From: Camelus ferus
Taxonomy: Eukaryota
DNA length: 64,000 nucleotides
Reading direction: 5' to 3'
Assembly: GCF_009834535.1 (NCBI RefSeq)
Contig: NC_045697.1
Location: forward strand, 62,498,001 to 62,562,000
Shown here: positions 13,801-26,960 of the stretch, piece by piece
Layout: the number at the start of each line of letters is the position of its first letter
How positions within the stretch are numbered: the stretch's first letter is position 1
Translations under genes and position numbers: made by a program
The notes under the pieces: generated by a model
The model's database searches: none
What the model was told of the DNA's origin: nothing
The model's input: only the letters and a program-made list of their open reading frames with translations

Positions 13801-14949
13801 GATTTAAATAAAAACAATTTAATACATAGTCTGCATCATCAGGAATAAACACAGTATGTGGAGGAAGATGAAACTGGTAAACACGCTGTGATAACAAGCC
13901 TTCCACCAACCTCTGTGATACTGCTGATTCTGAGGCAGTTAGAGCCTGCCAAGGTCTGTCAGCGCCCCGGAAGCACAGGTGGATGGCCTGATGGGAATCT
14001 GGCCACTGGTAGAAAGCTGATGTTCAAATAGTTTCTGTTTTATGGGATATACATAATTTTTAAAAACAAATAAGTGGTTGGGTTAAAGGATTTAAAGATA
14101 GAAGGAAGCAATGGTGTAGGTGGTAGAATGTGGCTGGACTCACCATGCCAACACACAGTGCCCACATCCTGGGAGGGAATGTGCAAAATGGGGAGTCACT
14201 GAACATTCCAGGGACCTGGTTGGCATGACGGGCCACATGCAAAAGCAAAGGCAAGAGAAAGCAGACATTTCGATGCACATTGTGCACATCTGTTGTAGAG
14301 GTGCCTTTTGAAGGCCCTGCTGCTTCTTATGCCTAATTCTGCTTCAAAGCCAACACTCCTCAGGGTCACTTCAGCAGCACAAGACCTGGGATGACCCTCT
14401 GGCCTCCCAACTCCAAGAGAGGTGTGCTTCACATTACCGGGCAGATGGCTATTTGCAAAATAACTAGGTGTTGCTTCAGGCCAAATGTATTAGGCTAGGT
14501 TATTCTTTATTCTGAACCTCTTATCCATTCACAAGTTCACTTTCAATTCCTATGCATTAATCCAGTCATGCATTTTTGATTCAATCCAAAGGTGAATTGT
14601 TCAAAATCAGTTGGATCATCTGGCTTCCACAGTGGTGATGAAATTGTCTTTCCTGCCACTGATGAGAGCATTCAGGGTTCCTTGAGCTTCAATAATTCAA
14701 ATATATCTAAAGATGCTGATTTTACAGTCCATATGGTAGAATTTTAGGAAGGGAAGTAAAAATAAAGCAACTGTGAGAATAAATTGAATGGATTATTAAA
14801 AAAACAAAAACAAAACAAAACAGAAAAACCCCTTACTTAACAGGTTTTGACTGAAGTTTGAAAACATGCCTTCACACACAGATCCCCTGGTAAAGGGTAG
14901 GAAATAAAGGAGTAAGGCATTTAAGAAAATTTGCTGATCAGTCATTGGT

Positions 14950-15577
14950 TGCCCATAAGTTACACTGATACAAGAGTGCCCCCCTAGGAAGGCAGTGTAA
15001 GATTATAACTTTATTATAACAAATGGAGGCAAATTAGAGCCAGCCGAAGGAATAGATGCAAAGGGCAGACTCTGGAACTGGGAGTTCCAAACTTCAAGCC
15101 GCCATGTCCTCAGGGACACATTACTGTTCTGGCATGGCTAACGTGAACCGGGGAAGCTCACCTCACTCTGGTGTCCAGAGATTTTATTGAAGCTTCATTA
15201 CTGAGGCTGTACTGACTGAATCATGGCCCCAGAGGTTGAACTGGTTCTCCAGTCCCCTTCCTGTGGAAGGTCAGCTGATGTCACTTGGCTCGAAGTTCCA
15301 GCCTTCTAATCACATGGTTGTGGTTGTCTTTCTGGCATGGCCATCCCTGTCCTAGGACTGCTGATGTGGCTCTGCCCACACTGAGCCATCTTAATAGCAT
15401 AAACTATCAGATGTGGTCCAGGGGCCCCACCGTGAATGTCCTAGGCACCCCTATCACTTGGGAATTTCCAAGGATTTTAGAGGTTATCTCCCAGGCGTGA
15501 GAGGAGCAGGGTGGGGGTGGGGGGAGAACTCAAAAAGCCAGACTTCTCTTTAGGTAAGATTAGTTTTCACTACACAG
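14950..15577 (-). mobile_element. MER21-like LTR
   Basis: gggaagctcacctcactctggtgtccagagattttattg and cccctatcacttgggaatttccaaggattttagagg are characteristic of MER21; left boundary approximate. Confidence 0.7.
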
Positions 15578-17022
15578 ATGTTTCTATTATTTTAAGGGGC
15601 TGCATGTTCATATTGCAATGATGCTGCTTTTGTGAAATGTAACTAAAAGGAGTTAAGAAATCCACGTCCAGGGAAAGAACTAGCCCAGTGAAAGGATTTG
15701 AAAGGTGACTGGAAGAATGGATAGTTGCTGATGATCACATACTCTTGACTGAGTTCACTCCTCAGTACACCTGTTACCTGAGAGAGATGGGCATATTTTG
15801 AACCTGGGTTTGTACAAAATCAAAGTCCAATTTCTTTCCATAACTCATGTGGTGATACTTTACATTTTTCTACAGAAACAAAGTTATAGTTTCAGTTTGA
15901 AGACTTAAAAAAATTCTGTGTGCTTAATTTTTTCTTATCCAGGATTGGGGATTTTTACCAGTTTATTCAAAATGTTTCATTGTGTAAATTCATTATAGGA
16001 TGACGTTACTGTGAAAACTTTATAAATAATTTGTAGGACTTTCTCGTACTGAAAATTAAACTAATGAGAAAAGCTGGATTAACAATAAACTTCAATATAA
16101 ACTTCATTAAAAGCTATTTTACTAAAATAAATTTTAAAAGGAGAATTGTATCAAAACTGCAAAAGGGGTGTAACACAGCTTACGTCACTCTGCATAGCCT
16201 GAATATCTACATTATAGCATACAAAAAATTGACTAGGTCAGAAAGCCAATTTGCAAAACAGTGCTAATAATACAAGTTAGTAAACTTGTTTTATCATATA
16301 AGAAGATGGTGGTAGATTGCTCCCACATGAAAAGTATACATGGTCTTCGTGTGAGTACAGAGAGCTGAGATAGAGAAAGATTGCTTTCATATTTTGTTTT
16401 AGGAAAACTTGTGAGACATTAATTTTCATTTATGTTGTAATAATCTGAATGATTTTTAATTAATCACTTTAATATGCAATTATTAAACATCATGCTTTCT
16501 CCCTTAGACAAGATTTTGATCTTTCAAAGTAAAAGTTGTTAAAAGTACGAATTTCATGTTACAAAGGAAATTGGATTGGAATTCTCAACAAGTCTTTCAC
16601 TACTTGCCTAAGAAGAGGATATTAAGTGGTGAAGCTGTATCTTTAACTGGTTCAGGAAACTGATTATTTTAAAGAATACTCTGAGGTTATTTTAATCTTC
16701 CACCTTACTGCACCGCTTCACCTGCTCCTTCCTTTTCTGTTCTCATCTCCTCTATCCTAATCTTCCACGTTGGCTTCAAGTCCAGTGACTTCTTTCTATC
16801 CAGGTTTACCCTCTTCTGAATGTCCCTGTGTAAGAGTTGACATTCTCAGGACACTTCCCCTCTATGCTCCTTCCTGCTTAAGGTATTTATCTCATCTCAT
16901 TGGTGCAAATGGATTAAATTACTTACCTTTTCCAGGTACCATGCTTGAATTTTAAGAAGGACTTACTCTCTGAAAATAGTGAGCCAGACCTAAATGCTGG
17001 AAGCTTCAAATACTGGAGGATT

Positions 17023-17163
17023 CTTTTTTTTAAATTTCAGGTGTACAGAAAAGTGATTTAATTATACATATACATACCTATATGCTTTCTTTTCAGATTC
17101 TTTTCCATTTTATGTTATTATAAGAAATTGAATATAATTCCCTGTGCTATACAGTAGGTCCTT
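17023..17163 (-). mobile_element. Short artiodactyl-type L1 3' end (L1_Art-like)
   Basis: poly-T then tttcaggtgtacagaaaagtgatttaattatacatatac...ttccctgtgctatacagtaggtcctt. Confidence 0.8.
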
Positions 17164-17279
17164 AGAGCAGAATTCTCAGCTGGAACAGAAACATTTTTCC
17201 TACTTGGAACCTGCTTGATTTCCTGTTCATCTGAGCAGATTTGTGAGGCAGAAGAGGCAAAGTTTAAAAGGTTGGGCAT

Positions 17280-17470
17280 CGCCTGAGTTTATAGATCCAT
17301 CACATATTAGTTATGTGACCTAATGAAAGTTAGTTAAGCTTAACAAGATTACTGACCTCATAGGTTTGTGGTAAGGATGAAATGAGATAATGTATGTTAG
17401 GTACTTCTCCTGGTGTCTCCCTCATGGTAAATGCTCAAGATGTGTAAGATGCTGTTATTGTTATTATTAT
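17280..17470 (+). mobile_element. MIR SINE
   Basis: gacctcataggtttgtggtaaggatgaaatgagataatgtatg is the MIR 3' part. Confidence 0.7.
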
Positions 17471-20400
17471 TGTTAATGTATCACCTTGAAGCACTTGGGA
17501 GTACTAATGAATGGAGCAGAATTCATTCTCACTTTCAAAGTTCAAAAAATACCTTTGTTGATCTGGTTCAAACAGCAAAGGTTAAATAATTACTGGATGG
17601 GTGCCACCTAAAGAAACACATCATTTGTGTTTCCCAGTCTGGTAGCCAATGCTTTTGGCAGTGGTTTTTTCTTATTAGCTTCAGCAAATTATTAGCTGCA
17701 GCAAATTATGGTCCGTGTAATAGGACGGGGCAGACTGCTGATTTGGATGCTTGGAGCATGGTTGCCAGCATGAAGGGAGTAATGCTGTTTTCTATGCAAT
17801 GAAAGGTAAAATTAGCTTTTGTATTGGAGCTTGCATTAAAAAGAACTGTACAGCTGTTCACCCCGCCTTTTATTCCTGGCATATGTTAAATGGGTGGTTA
17901 AATATCTGTTTCTAGTCCCCATGCGATTTTTAATGTCTATTCTTTGCCCAGTTCAAATCGATGTAAGAGTCATACATTTCTCTTACAATGTAAACAGTGA
18001 TGAATTATTTTCAGGTAAATGTATGTTCTGTGATGGCATAGATACAGTAAGTGCAAATACCATGAACTGTTTTAGTGCTGTGTATTCACTCTATTCCTAA
18101 TCTCATGGTGAAATGGCTAACTACAGCCCCAGCCTTGTGGCTTCCCTTTACTGAATCAATGTATAATATTGCTGGGAAGGCACTTAGACAGTAAGTTTTT
18201 TTCCCCCATTTAATTCCCCTGTACATTTGATAATGGCTGCTTTGAAAAACTGGCTTAGAGATATACTAGGAAAGAGAAAACATGTCAGAAAACGTTCACA
18301 GTTTCTGCCACGGCATTTATCATTAAAACGAGTACAAATGAGGAGCTTTCCAATTGGATATAAGGTACTTGAGTCGCTTTGTAGCCCTGTTGCCCAAGAG
18401 TGTTACCTTGTTCATAGTGAGCTCAGTGAAGAAATACCTGTTGCTGATGAAGATGCCTTACCCTTCAATAGCTATTTTCAAGCTGGTTGATTGATTTGCT
18501 CTGACACTGATGAAAGTCCTTAGCAACAGCCCAGAACATGGTGTGACTTCCTCTTGGGAGCTGTGGTGATTAGGAACAGCAGCTCTCTTCAGATCCATTG
18601 TTAAATATTTCATCCATTTTCAGAAATCAGACTAAAACTCAGTTCACTGCTCTTCAAGTAGTGAAGACTCTTACCAAGCCTTCAGGGATGCCAAACCGCT
18701 GCTGTTGGGACCACAGCATCCCAAAGGGGTGCTAATACGTAGCATGCTAAGTTATCCCATGGCAGGGGTGGGGATACTTACTTCTTCCTTAAATAAGAAG
18801 AATGTAAACGGAGGAGAAAATGTGAGTAAATCCATACAAGTCAAATGTTCTCTCTGAAAGAATAGTCCTAATATTACTCAGAATGCCCCCACATATTAAT
18901 GAAACACATACAAGATGAATGTTTTGGCATCACTGATAAATGGTTTAGTTGTGAAAAGCCTAATTGTAGCAACCTAGTGGAATATATTTACAATACCAGG
19001 TAGATAAAGCCATTGAGATTTATGTCAGATAATCTCAGCCTTATTCAGCAGAAGGAAAACTTGTAACTCTTCTGGGTGATGCTGGTTCCATTTGCGTACT
19101 CAGCAGACATGACTTGTGTTTTTTCTTTTCTTTTTTTTAAATAAAAAAAAATGCCTCGATATCCTGACTCTTTCCCGAAATTTTACACTTACCTTTCCCT
19201 GAATTGACTCCTTGGGCTTAGAACCCAAGCAATGATCCCATTTTGTGACAAATCCCATGCATGCATTTCATTACCATACTCTGTTCTCCCCACTATCACG
19301 TTATGAATTAGGAAGTAAAATGTAGGTGTCTAATTTTCTTTTCAAGGGTAGAAAGGATTGAAATTGTTTTTTGTTTGAAGAATTGTGCAGGTTAATTTTG
19401 GCTATAAGGAGAGATTAGTAAAGATACAGTAAAATTTTGAAGATACAATGAAACTACCTCCATAATCCTATTTGTCTGTGTCTTGCTTTTTGAAGGAATT
19501 TCTTCAGTGAAATTCCATTCGTCTTTGCCAAAGTGTGGTCCTCCTGCAGAGAACTTGTACTGACTACCTAATTATTCATTTACTCTCCTAATAGCTCTCT
19601 TCTTTTTGCTGAGTTGAGGCAGTTCTTTCAGGCTGAACAGCATTTAAAAAAATACATTATTTAATTTTATTTGCTTGTAACTTTGGGTTTATGTAATATT
19701 TCTTATGAACAAAAGCATCACACTGAAAAGGATATGAACCATTTAATGAGGATCCTTGAGCTGTAGCTAAACTTCTCCCCAGTCCACGCTTTGCTCACTC
19801 CTGCTCTCCTTTGCTCTCTTCAGGGACTTCTGCCTGGGCTGTCACTAAACTATTGGCTTTCATTACTTAAAGGGTCAAAGAGATGCCTCTTCTCATCATT
19901 GCCAGAAAAGCTTCTGTTCTGTGCTTGAAGCTTTCATTTCTTTGAAGCCTCTGTGTACTGTTTCCACTTGACCAACACCACAGGGAGTTCAATTATCAAA
20001 GAATCACTCCCTTCTGAGAATTCTTAAAGAAAAACACTCCCATTCTGAGATAAAATAACAGAGGCAATAAGTTTCCCATTCACCCCATAGGATACTAAAC
20101 AACGTGAAATTGAATTCTCTGCAGTGCAAGGTTTGAAGTGGATTTTTTCAGCTACAGAATGGACAGGGCACATCCACATAATGTCCATGGAGGCAATTTT
20201 CCTAATCCACTCTTGTGTCGTCTTTGGACCCTTTTGAATGCCAGAATGCCTTCTCTCTCTGCCAGGGATATTCCTGAGCTCTTCCCTCTGGTTCATCGTC
20301 AATACACTTTAATGCTTCCTGTCAAGAGGGTTAATGTCTTATTAAAAGAGTCTGGGGGAAGGGTGCGTCTTGTGATGCACCATACCATTTGTTAAAATCA

Positions 20401-20529
20401 ACATTTATTGAAACAAATGTGCATGAAATGGTGCTGAGGATTTTATTTTGCTAATACAGAGATTTATATTCCAACAGAATTTTGAATAACCACAAAGAAG
20501 AGAAAGACTGATTTGTGCAAGGTTCATTA

Positions 20530-20720
20530 TATATCAGGTGATTGCTGTCTCATTTAATCATCACTGCAGTTCTGGAAGATAGATGTTTGCGATTCACCCT
20601 TTACAGAGGAGAAAGGCATTCCAGGGCACTACAGACCTTGCCTGATGTCACACATGAGGAAAGAGTCAGTGTATGAACCTAGGTTTCCTGGATTCCTTGT
20701 TCTGTGCTCATTTCAGAGAC
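20530..20720 (-). mobile_element. MIR SINE
   Basis: ctttacagaggagaaaggc...cttgcctgatgtcacac...tatgaacctaggtttcctggattcc. Confidence 0.6.
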
Positions 20721-21051
20721 TCTTCACTTATGTGAACATCGTTTCAGGGTAGAAAGAGCAATCTGTCTCATAAAATGTAAACATTAGGAAACCAGATTCT
20801 TGGTTACAGTCTGCAAATCTGAAAACACCAAATCTAGAGGTGAGAAGACTGTGTTCATTCTTTTGTAAAGAATAGAATAAAAGTTGAGGACACAGACCAA
20901 AGAGTAAAGTTGATTTTGTTCTCAGGATATTTCAGTGGAGACTGGGCTAAATTATGAATGAGAATCAGCTCTTTGTTTTTTGGGTTTGTTTTTTTTTTTT
21001 CAGGAAACATGAGCATCTATTTTAATGTTCCAGTATAGTGGTTAAAGTGAG

Positions 21052-21054
<3 letters not shown>

Positions 21055-21084
<30 letters not shown>
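21055..21084. repeat. (AC)15 microsatellite
   Basis: Read directly. Confidence 0.95.
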
Positions 21085-21087
<3 letters not shown>

Positions 21088-21339
21088 AGAGGAACACCTC
21101 ACATAGAGTGCTGAATTCTAGTATCTCCAAACTCCCACCCACAGGGAAAGGTAATTATGAATGTGAAGTATAAGGGAAGTATAAAGGATGACTATCTGGA
21201 TTGTGTCCTGGTGCTATCACTTACTAGAAGACTGACTTTGGGAGAGTCATGCAGGCATCTTAGCCTGGTTTTTCCTCTTAGAGTAAGTGGAAATAATATC
21301 TAACTCATAGAAAATATATGTGCATCAGATTGAATGCAT

Positions 21340-21680
21340 GGATTTTCCAGCAACAGAAATCCCAACTCAAAAAGGGACTTTCATCCTCGTGGAACTGAAT
21401 ATTCCAAGAGCAGTTCTGGCTTGAGATCTGACTTCATCCAGGACTCAAATAAGGTTATCAGGATTCATCTCGAGGATCTGGTTTCTTTTTATCTTGGGGT
21501 CTCTGGCAAATACTGACTACAGCAGTTTCCAGCTCCAAATCCTTATGTCCAGTAAAGAACATGTGAATTTATGCCCCAGAATTCCCAGAATAGGTACTAA
21601 GGCTTATTCTTATTGAACTGGCTTACATTACATGCTCATCTTGAAATCACTTACTGTGGCCAGTTGATGAGATACTCGGA
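21340..21680 (-). mobile_element. Old MLT1 (J/K/L-like) LTR fragment
   Basis: ggcttgagatctgacttcatccaggactcaaat and ttattgaactggcttacattacatgctcatcttgaaatcacttactgtggccag resemble MLT1K/L. Confidence 0.5.
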
Positions 21681-21689
21681 GTGGCTTCA

Positions 21690-22830
21690 GCCATTAAATT
21701 TTTAAGAGAGGACTGGAATGAAGATAGACATTTTGGAATTGTTAGCATGTAGAGGATATGTAAATTTGTAGGATTAGATAAGACTGCTAAGGGAGTGTAG
21801 ACAGAGGAGAGAGAAGGGTCAGGGTTGAGCAAAATAGCACTTTAATACTGAGATAGAGAAAAACAAAAAGGATACCAAGAAGGAGCAATAAAATGAGGTA
21901 GGATAAAAATCAAGAGCATGTGTTATCCTGAAAGCCAAGTTAATAATTTTTTTTTCCTGGAAAGAGAATGGTTAACTGAGTTAACTATTACTGATAGATA
22001 AAGCAAGAGTAGGACCAGTAACTGAGAGGCAAGGAGGAGGTCGTTGATGACGTGGATAACAGTGATTTGAGTGAAGTAGTGGGAGCAAAAGCCTGACTGG
22101 AGTGGGTTTATAAGAAAAGGAAAGTGAGAAATTGGGGAAAGGAAGAAGAGACAAATCTTTTAAGGGATTTTGCTGCAAAAAGGGGCAAAGAAATTAGAGT
22201 AATAGCTGGCAAAGACAGTGGACTCGTGGTAAATATTTTTCTAAGATGAGAGAGATAAATCTGTATTTGAATGATGATAAGAATTATTTGGAAAGAATGA
22301 AAAAGTTCATAATGAAGGAGAGAGGGGAGAATTGCTGAAGTGATGTCCCAAAGGAGGTGAGAAGAGATGGGTTCCTGTGGAGGGACTGGCTTTGGACAGG
22401 AAGGAGTAACTGGATAGAAGAAAGGAAGGTGGCAGGTGCTGATGCTGGTAGTTGGTTAGATGCAGTAGTGGGCATTTGTGAAAGTCTCCCTCTGACTATT
22501 TCAGCTTCTTGGAGAAGTAAGAAGACAGAAGATAAGCTGAGAAGGAGAATTGAGGAGGAGACATTGGGAGCTTGAAGAGAGGGGAGAAAAAGTAAAACTG
22601 TTTTTTGTTTTGTTTTTAGGACATTCAGAAGAACATGGAAGGATGAAGAATATGACTCCTGAGCAACATTTGAAGTTCCCACTGGCAGCCATTTTTATGA
22701 ATTTAAATTGAGACCAGTTGGCTTAATTGTAAGTTTATCCGCAGTCACATCTAACTTCTCAAGTACAGGACTGGAGTTGATAGAGTTAGAGTTAGCCAGG
22801 GTTGTGGTATTAGCCCTATAGGTGAGTGGA
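21690..22830 (-). mobile_element. L2 LINE body fragment
   Basis: Purine-rich antisense L2 motifs (ggagtgtagacagaggagagagaagggtcagggttgagc, gtagtgggagcaaaagcctgactggagtggg). Confidence 0.7.
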
Positions 22831-22879
22831 AAAGAGGTAAGAAAATCAAGGGAGGATGAGGATCAAGGACTTGATGCCA

Positions 22880-23815
22880 CTTTCTTGGCTTACATAACCA
22901 TCTTCTCTTAATAAAGTTACTGCAGCTATCTCCTAGATGACATATTTGCCTGAATCCTGCTCCTCTCAAATCCCTTCTCTGCACTACAAGGGGAGTGATT
23001 TTTCTGAAGAACAAATTTGAGGGCTCTCTCTTACTAAAAATCGTTTAATGGATGTCTGCTGACCTCAGGGTAAAGTCCAAAGTTCTCAGTGTGATTTCTC
23101 TGGACCTGTATAATCTGATCTGGCATTGCTTATTAAGTTCTATATCTTTTTCATTCCTCCTTTACTCTTGAATTCAACCAGAAGGAAAGAAGTTTGGTTC
23201 CATGCTCTTTCCAGCCTCTGGATCAATCTTCTTTCATTTCCACACTCTTCTCCTGGCTAGCTCCCTTTCATCCTTCAGGACTCGGTGACAACACTGATTC
23301 ACCCCCGGCATCTTCTCTGCAATCCCAAGGCTGATGGTGGACCTCCACTCTTATCTGTTTTCACTCATAAGACTTCTTTTGAAGAATGTTTTTGCTCTAT
23401 TTAAAAATGGGGGGGGGGGGGAGCCTAAGAATACTAGTAATCTAGATTTTAGGTTAACCTTTTCATTTTGTATTACAGAGTACATGGCTCTACACCTAGA
23501 CCTCTGACAGTCAGGACCTCATAGCTGCCTCAAAGAACTTTTAATCTCCAGATTTGGGGGATGGGAGGAGACAGATACCAGCAGATAATTAAATCATGCA
23601 GGAGGTGCAATATTGGAGGTATGCATAATGTATATATTATAATTCTAGTTTATTGCCTATTCTTTTCATGTGTATTTGATCAAACTGCAACATAAACTCT
23701 TTGCACACAAAGTGCTTATTTGGTTTCCTTTGTATCTTCCTGCATTTCTACCTAATGTCTAGCACAGGATTTACCTCATACAAGGACCTTAGTAAAACAT
23801 ACTGATAGAATGAGG
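22880..23815 (+). mobile_element. L2 fragments (3' region and tail)
   Basis: tttaatggatgtctgctgacctcagggtaaagtccaaag, ctccctttcatccttcaggactc, and a tail-like segment at ~23680-23815. Confidence 0.55.
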
Positions 23816-23984
23816 TACTGCTTTCTATTAAAATCTAATGTAAAACAGTGAGTGTGTGACTATACTAAAGAAAAATAAAGCACTTTCAGAATAAGAATGA
23901 CTCTAACCATATTAGAAATTATAAAAACTAACATGGAAGGAAATAAGGAAATTCTTAGACTTGGTGGGGAAATTAAAAAATATT

Positions 23985-24230
23985 AATAATACCTAACACT
24001 GAACCATGTGCTCTAAAAGTACTTTATATCACCTAATTTAATAGTCACAATAATCTGATTCTGTCATTATTGTTATCATTACCATTTTGCAGATAAGGAT
24101 GCTAAAGTACAGAGACTTTACAGAAATTCAGTATCACATAGCCCCAAAATCACAGCACTGGGATTTGAACCCAGGCAGTCTAACTTAGATGCATACATTC
24201 AAACAAATTACTATGATTTTCCCATTAAAC
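23985..24230 (-). mobile_element. MIR SINE
   Basis: ccattttgcagataaggatgctaaagtacagaga...ctgggatttgaacccaggcagtct. Confidence 0.75.
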
Positions 24231-24285
24231 TCCTTCAGGTCCAAGCCAGCAGACCAAAACATCTTTTAGGCCCTGTTTTTATTTT

Positions 24286-25083
24286 TTAAATTATTATTAT
24301 TGTTTTACATTATTTTTATTGAGTTATAGTCATTTTACAATATTGTGTCAAATTCCAGTGTAGAGCACAATTTTTCAGTTATACATGAACATACGTATAT
24401 TCATTGTCACATTTTTTTTTTCGCTGTGAGCTACCACAAGATCTTGTATATATTTCCCTGTGCTATACAGTATAATCTTGTTTATCTATTCTGCATATGC
24501 CTGTCAATATCTAGAAATTTTGAAATCCCAGTCTGTCCCTTCCCACCCGCCGCCCTCTTGGCAACCACAAGTTTCTATTCTATGTCTATGAGTCTGTTTC
24601 TGTTTTGTAATTTTTTTTTTTTTAGATTCCACATGTGAGTGACCTCATATGATATTTTTCTTTCTTTTTCTGGCTTACTTCACTTAGAATGACATTCTCC
24701 AGGGACATCCATGTTGCTGCAAATGGCATTATGTTGTCATTTTTATGGCTGAATAGTATTCCACTGTATAAATACACCACCTCTTCTTTATCCAGCCATC
24801 TGTTGATGGACATTTAGGCTGTTTCCATGTTTTGGCTATTGTAAATAGTGCTGCTATGAACATTGGGGTGCAGGTGTCTTTTTGAAGTAGGGTTCCTTCT
24901 GGATATATGCCCAGGAGCGGGATTCCTGGGTCATATGATAAGTCTATTCCTAGTCTTTTGATGAATCTCCATACTGTTTTCCATGGTGGCTGAACCAAAC
25001 TGCATTCCCACCAGCAATGTAAGAGGGTTCCGTTTTCTCCACAGCCTCTCCAGCATTTGTCATTTGTGGACTTTTGAATGATG
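24286..25083 (-). mobile_element. 5'-truncated young L1 (ORF2 C-terminus plus 3'UTR)
   Basis: ORF2 C-terminal peptides ([23 protein letters not shown]), close similarity to 36841-37611, 19-bp TSD at 24267-24285 and 25084-25102 followed by AAA (TTTT/AA site). Confidence 0.95.
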
Positions 25084-26639
25084 TAGGCCCCATTTTTATT
25101 TTAAATTTACTTTCTTTTAGGCAGAAAGATTGTTTCTGGTCAGGGATAGACATTTCCTTATATTTTGTATAGCATTCATATTTTTACCCCCTGTTGACAT
25201 TAAAATAATTACAATGCACATGATCATCCACATTTTCTCAAACTTCTAATAAAATCAGAAGACTTGAAAACCAGACTTTTCTGGAAGAATTAAAAAGAAT
25301 AATTTAATCAAAGAAATGAAATTTTGATTAATCAGGATGAAATGTAATTGTGTATTTCCCTCAGATAAAACTATCACTAATTTAACATCATTTCTGCATT
25401 ATGAAGTCAGTCTTATGCAGTGATTAATGGCTAGGGCAATTTGTTTTCCATCATGCAGAAGCTAACATTAGATCACCTCTACTCATAAGCAGACAGATAA
25501 CTTTAAGCTTTCCTTCCATAACTGGGTCAGCTCTCTAGAGAACCCAACTCCCTTATTTGGAGATGGATCTACAAATTGACTGATACACACACCAAAAAGG
25601 CTTTTGGGAAAGCCTTTGAAAAAGTTGATCTTCCCCTGTGCCACTCACTGAAAGATAAATTAAGACAGTTTTTACAAGATATCTAGTTTCTTGGATGAAA
25701 GTACATGGTTAAACACACATGTAGGATCTTGCTATACATACAGGTATACTGTACTCACATACATGATCTTCCTTTACTTCCTGTACTTATGCTGTACTAC
25801 TGTCATGAATTTAGGCTTAAGATTCACTGTTCTGCTGTTAGAACAACCCTACACTACGCATTTTCCTTGTAATATTTCCAGTATCTTAGAGATGTTTCAG
25901 AATACAGTTTCACATATCCAAAGAGACAGCCTACTCTGGACTCGCAGTCATCTAAAGGGGAAATGGAAAGCACTATTGCCTCTGAAAAGGAAAAAGACTA
26001 AGAGTGCAAGGGTGATAAAGATATTTAAGTAACAAATGGCAACTTTACAAGACAAGCAATGGTCAAATGTGCAAGGAAATCAGTGAAAAGCGACTGCCTT
26101 TTGAAACATCAGAGAAGTTTCTGCTTCAAAGTCTTAATCTTGTTAAGATGAGAATTTGTCAATGAGCTCAGCAGGAAAATTGGATTTTACTTTGACCCAT
26201 GGTTAGATGAGTTGCAGAATATCTTTCAGGACAAGAAATTAAATAAAAATAAATTCAATTCTTCTTTGATGTGGGACATAAATATTCCCCAGCCACTGTC
26301 TTCTTTTTTCTTACCAACAAAGATAAAATGCTTCTTAAATAAAGAGCTCTAGGGGATGGATGAAGGTACTATCCAGGAAAGTTTTTTTTTCCTCTATCCA
26401 ATGATTACTTGAAATCTTGCGACTACTGCTGGTGTTTTCTCTTCTCAGATATAGTCCGTTGTGTTTTCAGTCTTCAGATTACTCCGTCACTCTCACAGAC
26501 ATCATCTGCTTCATCACTACTTCTCTCTTCCTACTAATGGAACTTTTTTGTTTGTATTTTTTCTGGTTGTCTTTATCCCTATATGTGAGGATATGCTTCA
26601 GGGAAAGCTGGCCCTTAAGCCAGGCAGAAATCTTGATAA

Positions 26640-26960
26640 CCCAATTATATCTATTGGATAATTATGGATTGATTGAGCCAATTTTGGTAATTTCATTGCT
26701 TATTGACAGTGATTGATTGTGGGGTATCCTGTGACCTAATTCAGGTCGATAAGACTGAGTCAATAAGACTGAGGAGAAAATGGCAAGGGATTCTGAAAAA
26801 TATTTTCTAGATCTTAAAAGGGCTCATAAGAATTTTTCCTTCTTTGTTTTGCCTCTTGGCATTGCTCCTTATGTGTATGTGATTGGGTATTGCTACACCC
26901 ATCCTGAGACCACAATAGAGCTGACAGAATCAGAAGAGCAGAATGGAAAATAGGCCTTGC
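26640..26960 (+). mobile_element. Possible old LTR fragment (MLT1J/LTR16-like)
   Basis: gtgattgattgtggggtatcctgtgacctaattcagg and attgctacacccatcctgagaccac motifs; weak. Confidence 0.35.

Noticed and set aside
18227..18490. 87-aa ORF in the repeat-free block
   Set aside because: No recognisable protein similarity or splice framing; the length is expected by chance.
26750..26773. Short tandem duplications (ataagactgag twice; also gagtattaa at ~7781 and aattctaagg at ~35069)
   Set aside because: Ordinary slippage duplications with two units; no array or spacer structure, not CRISPR-like.
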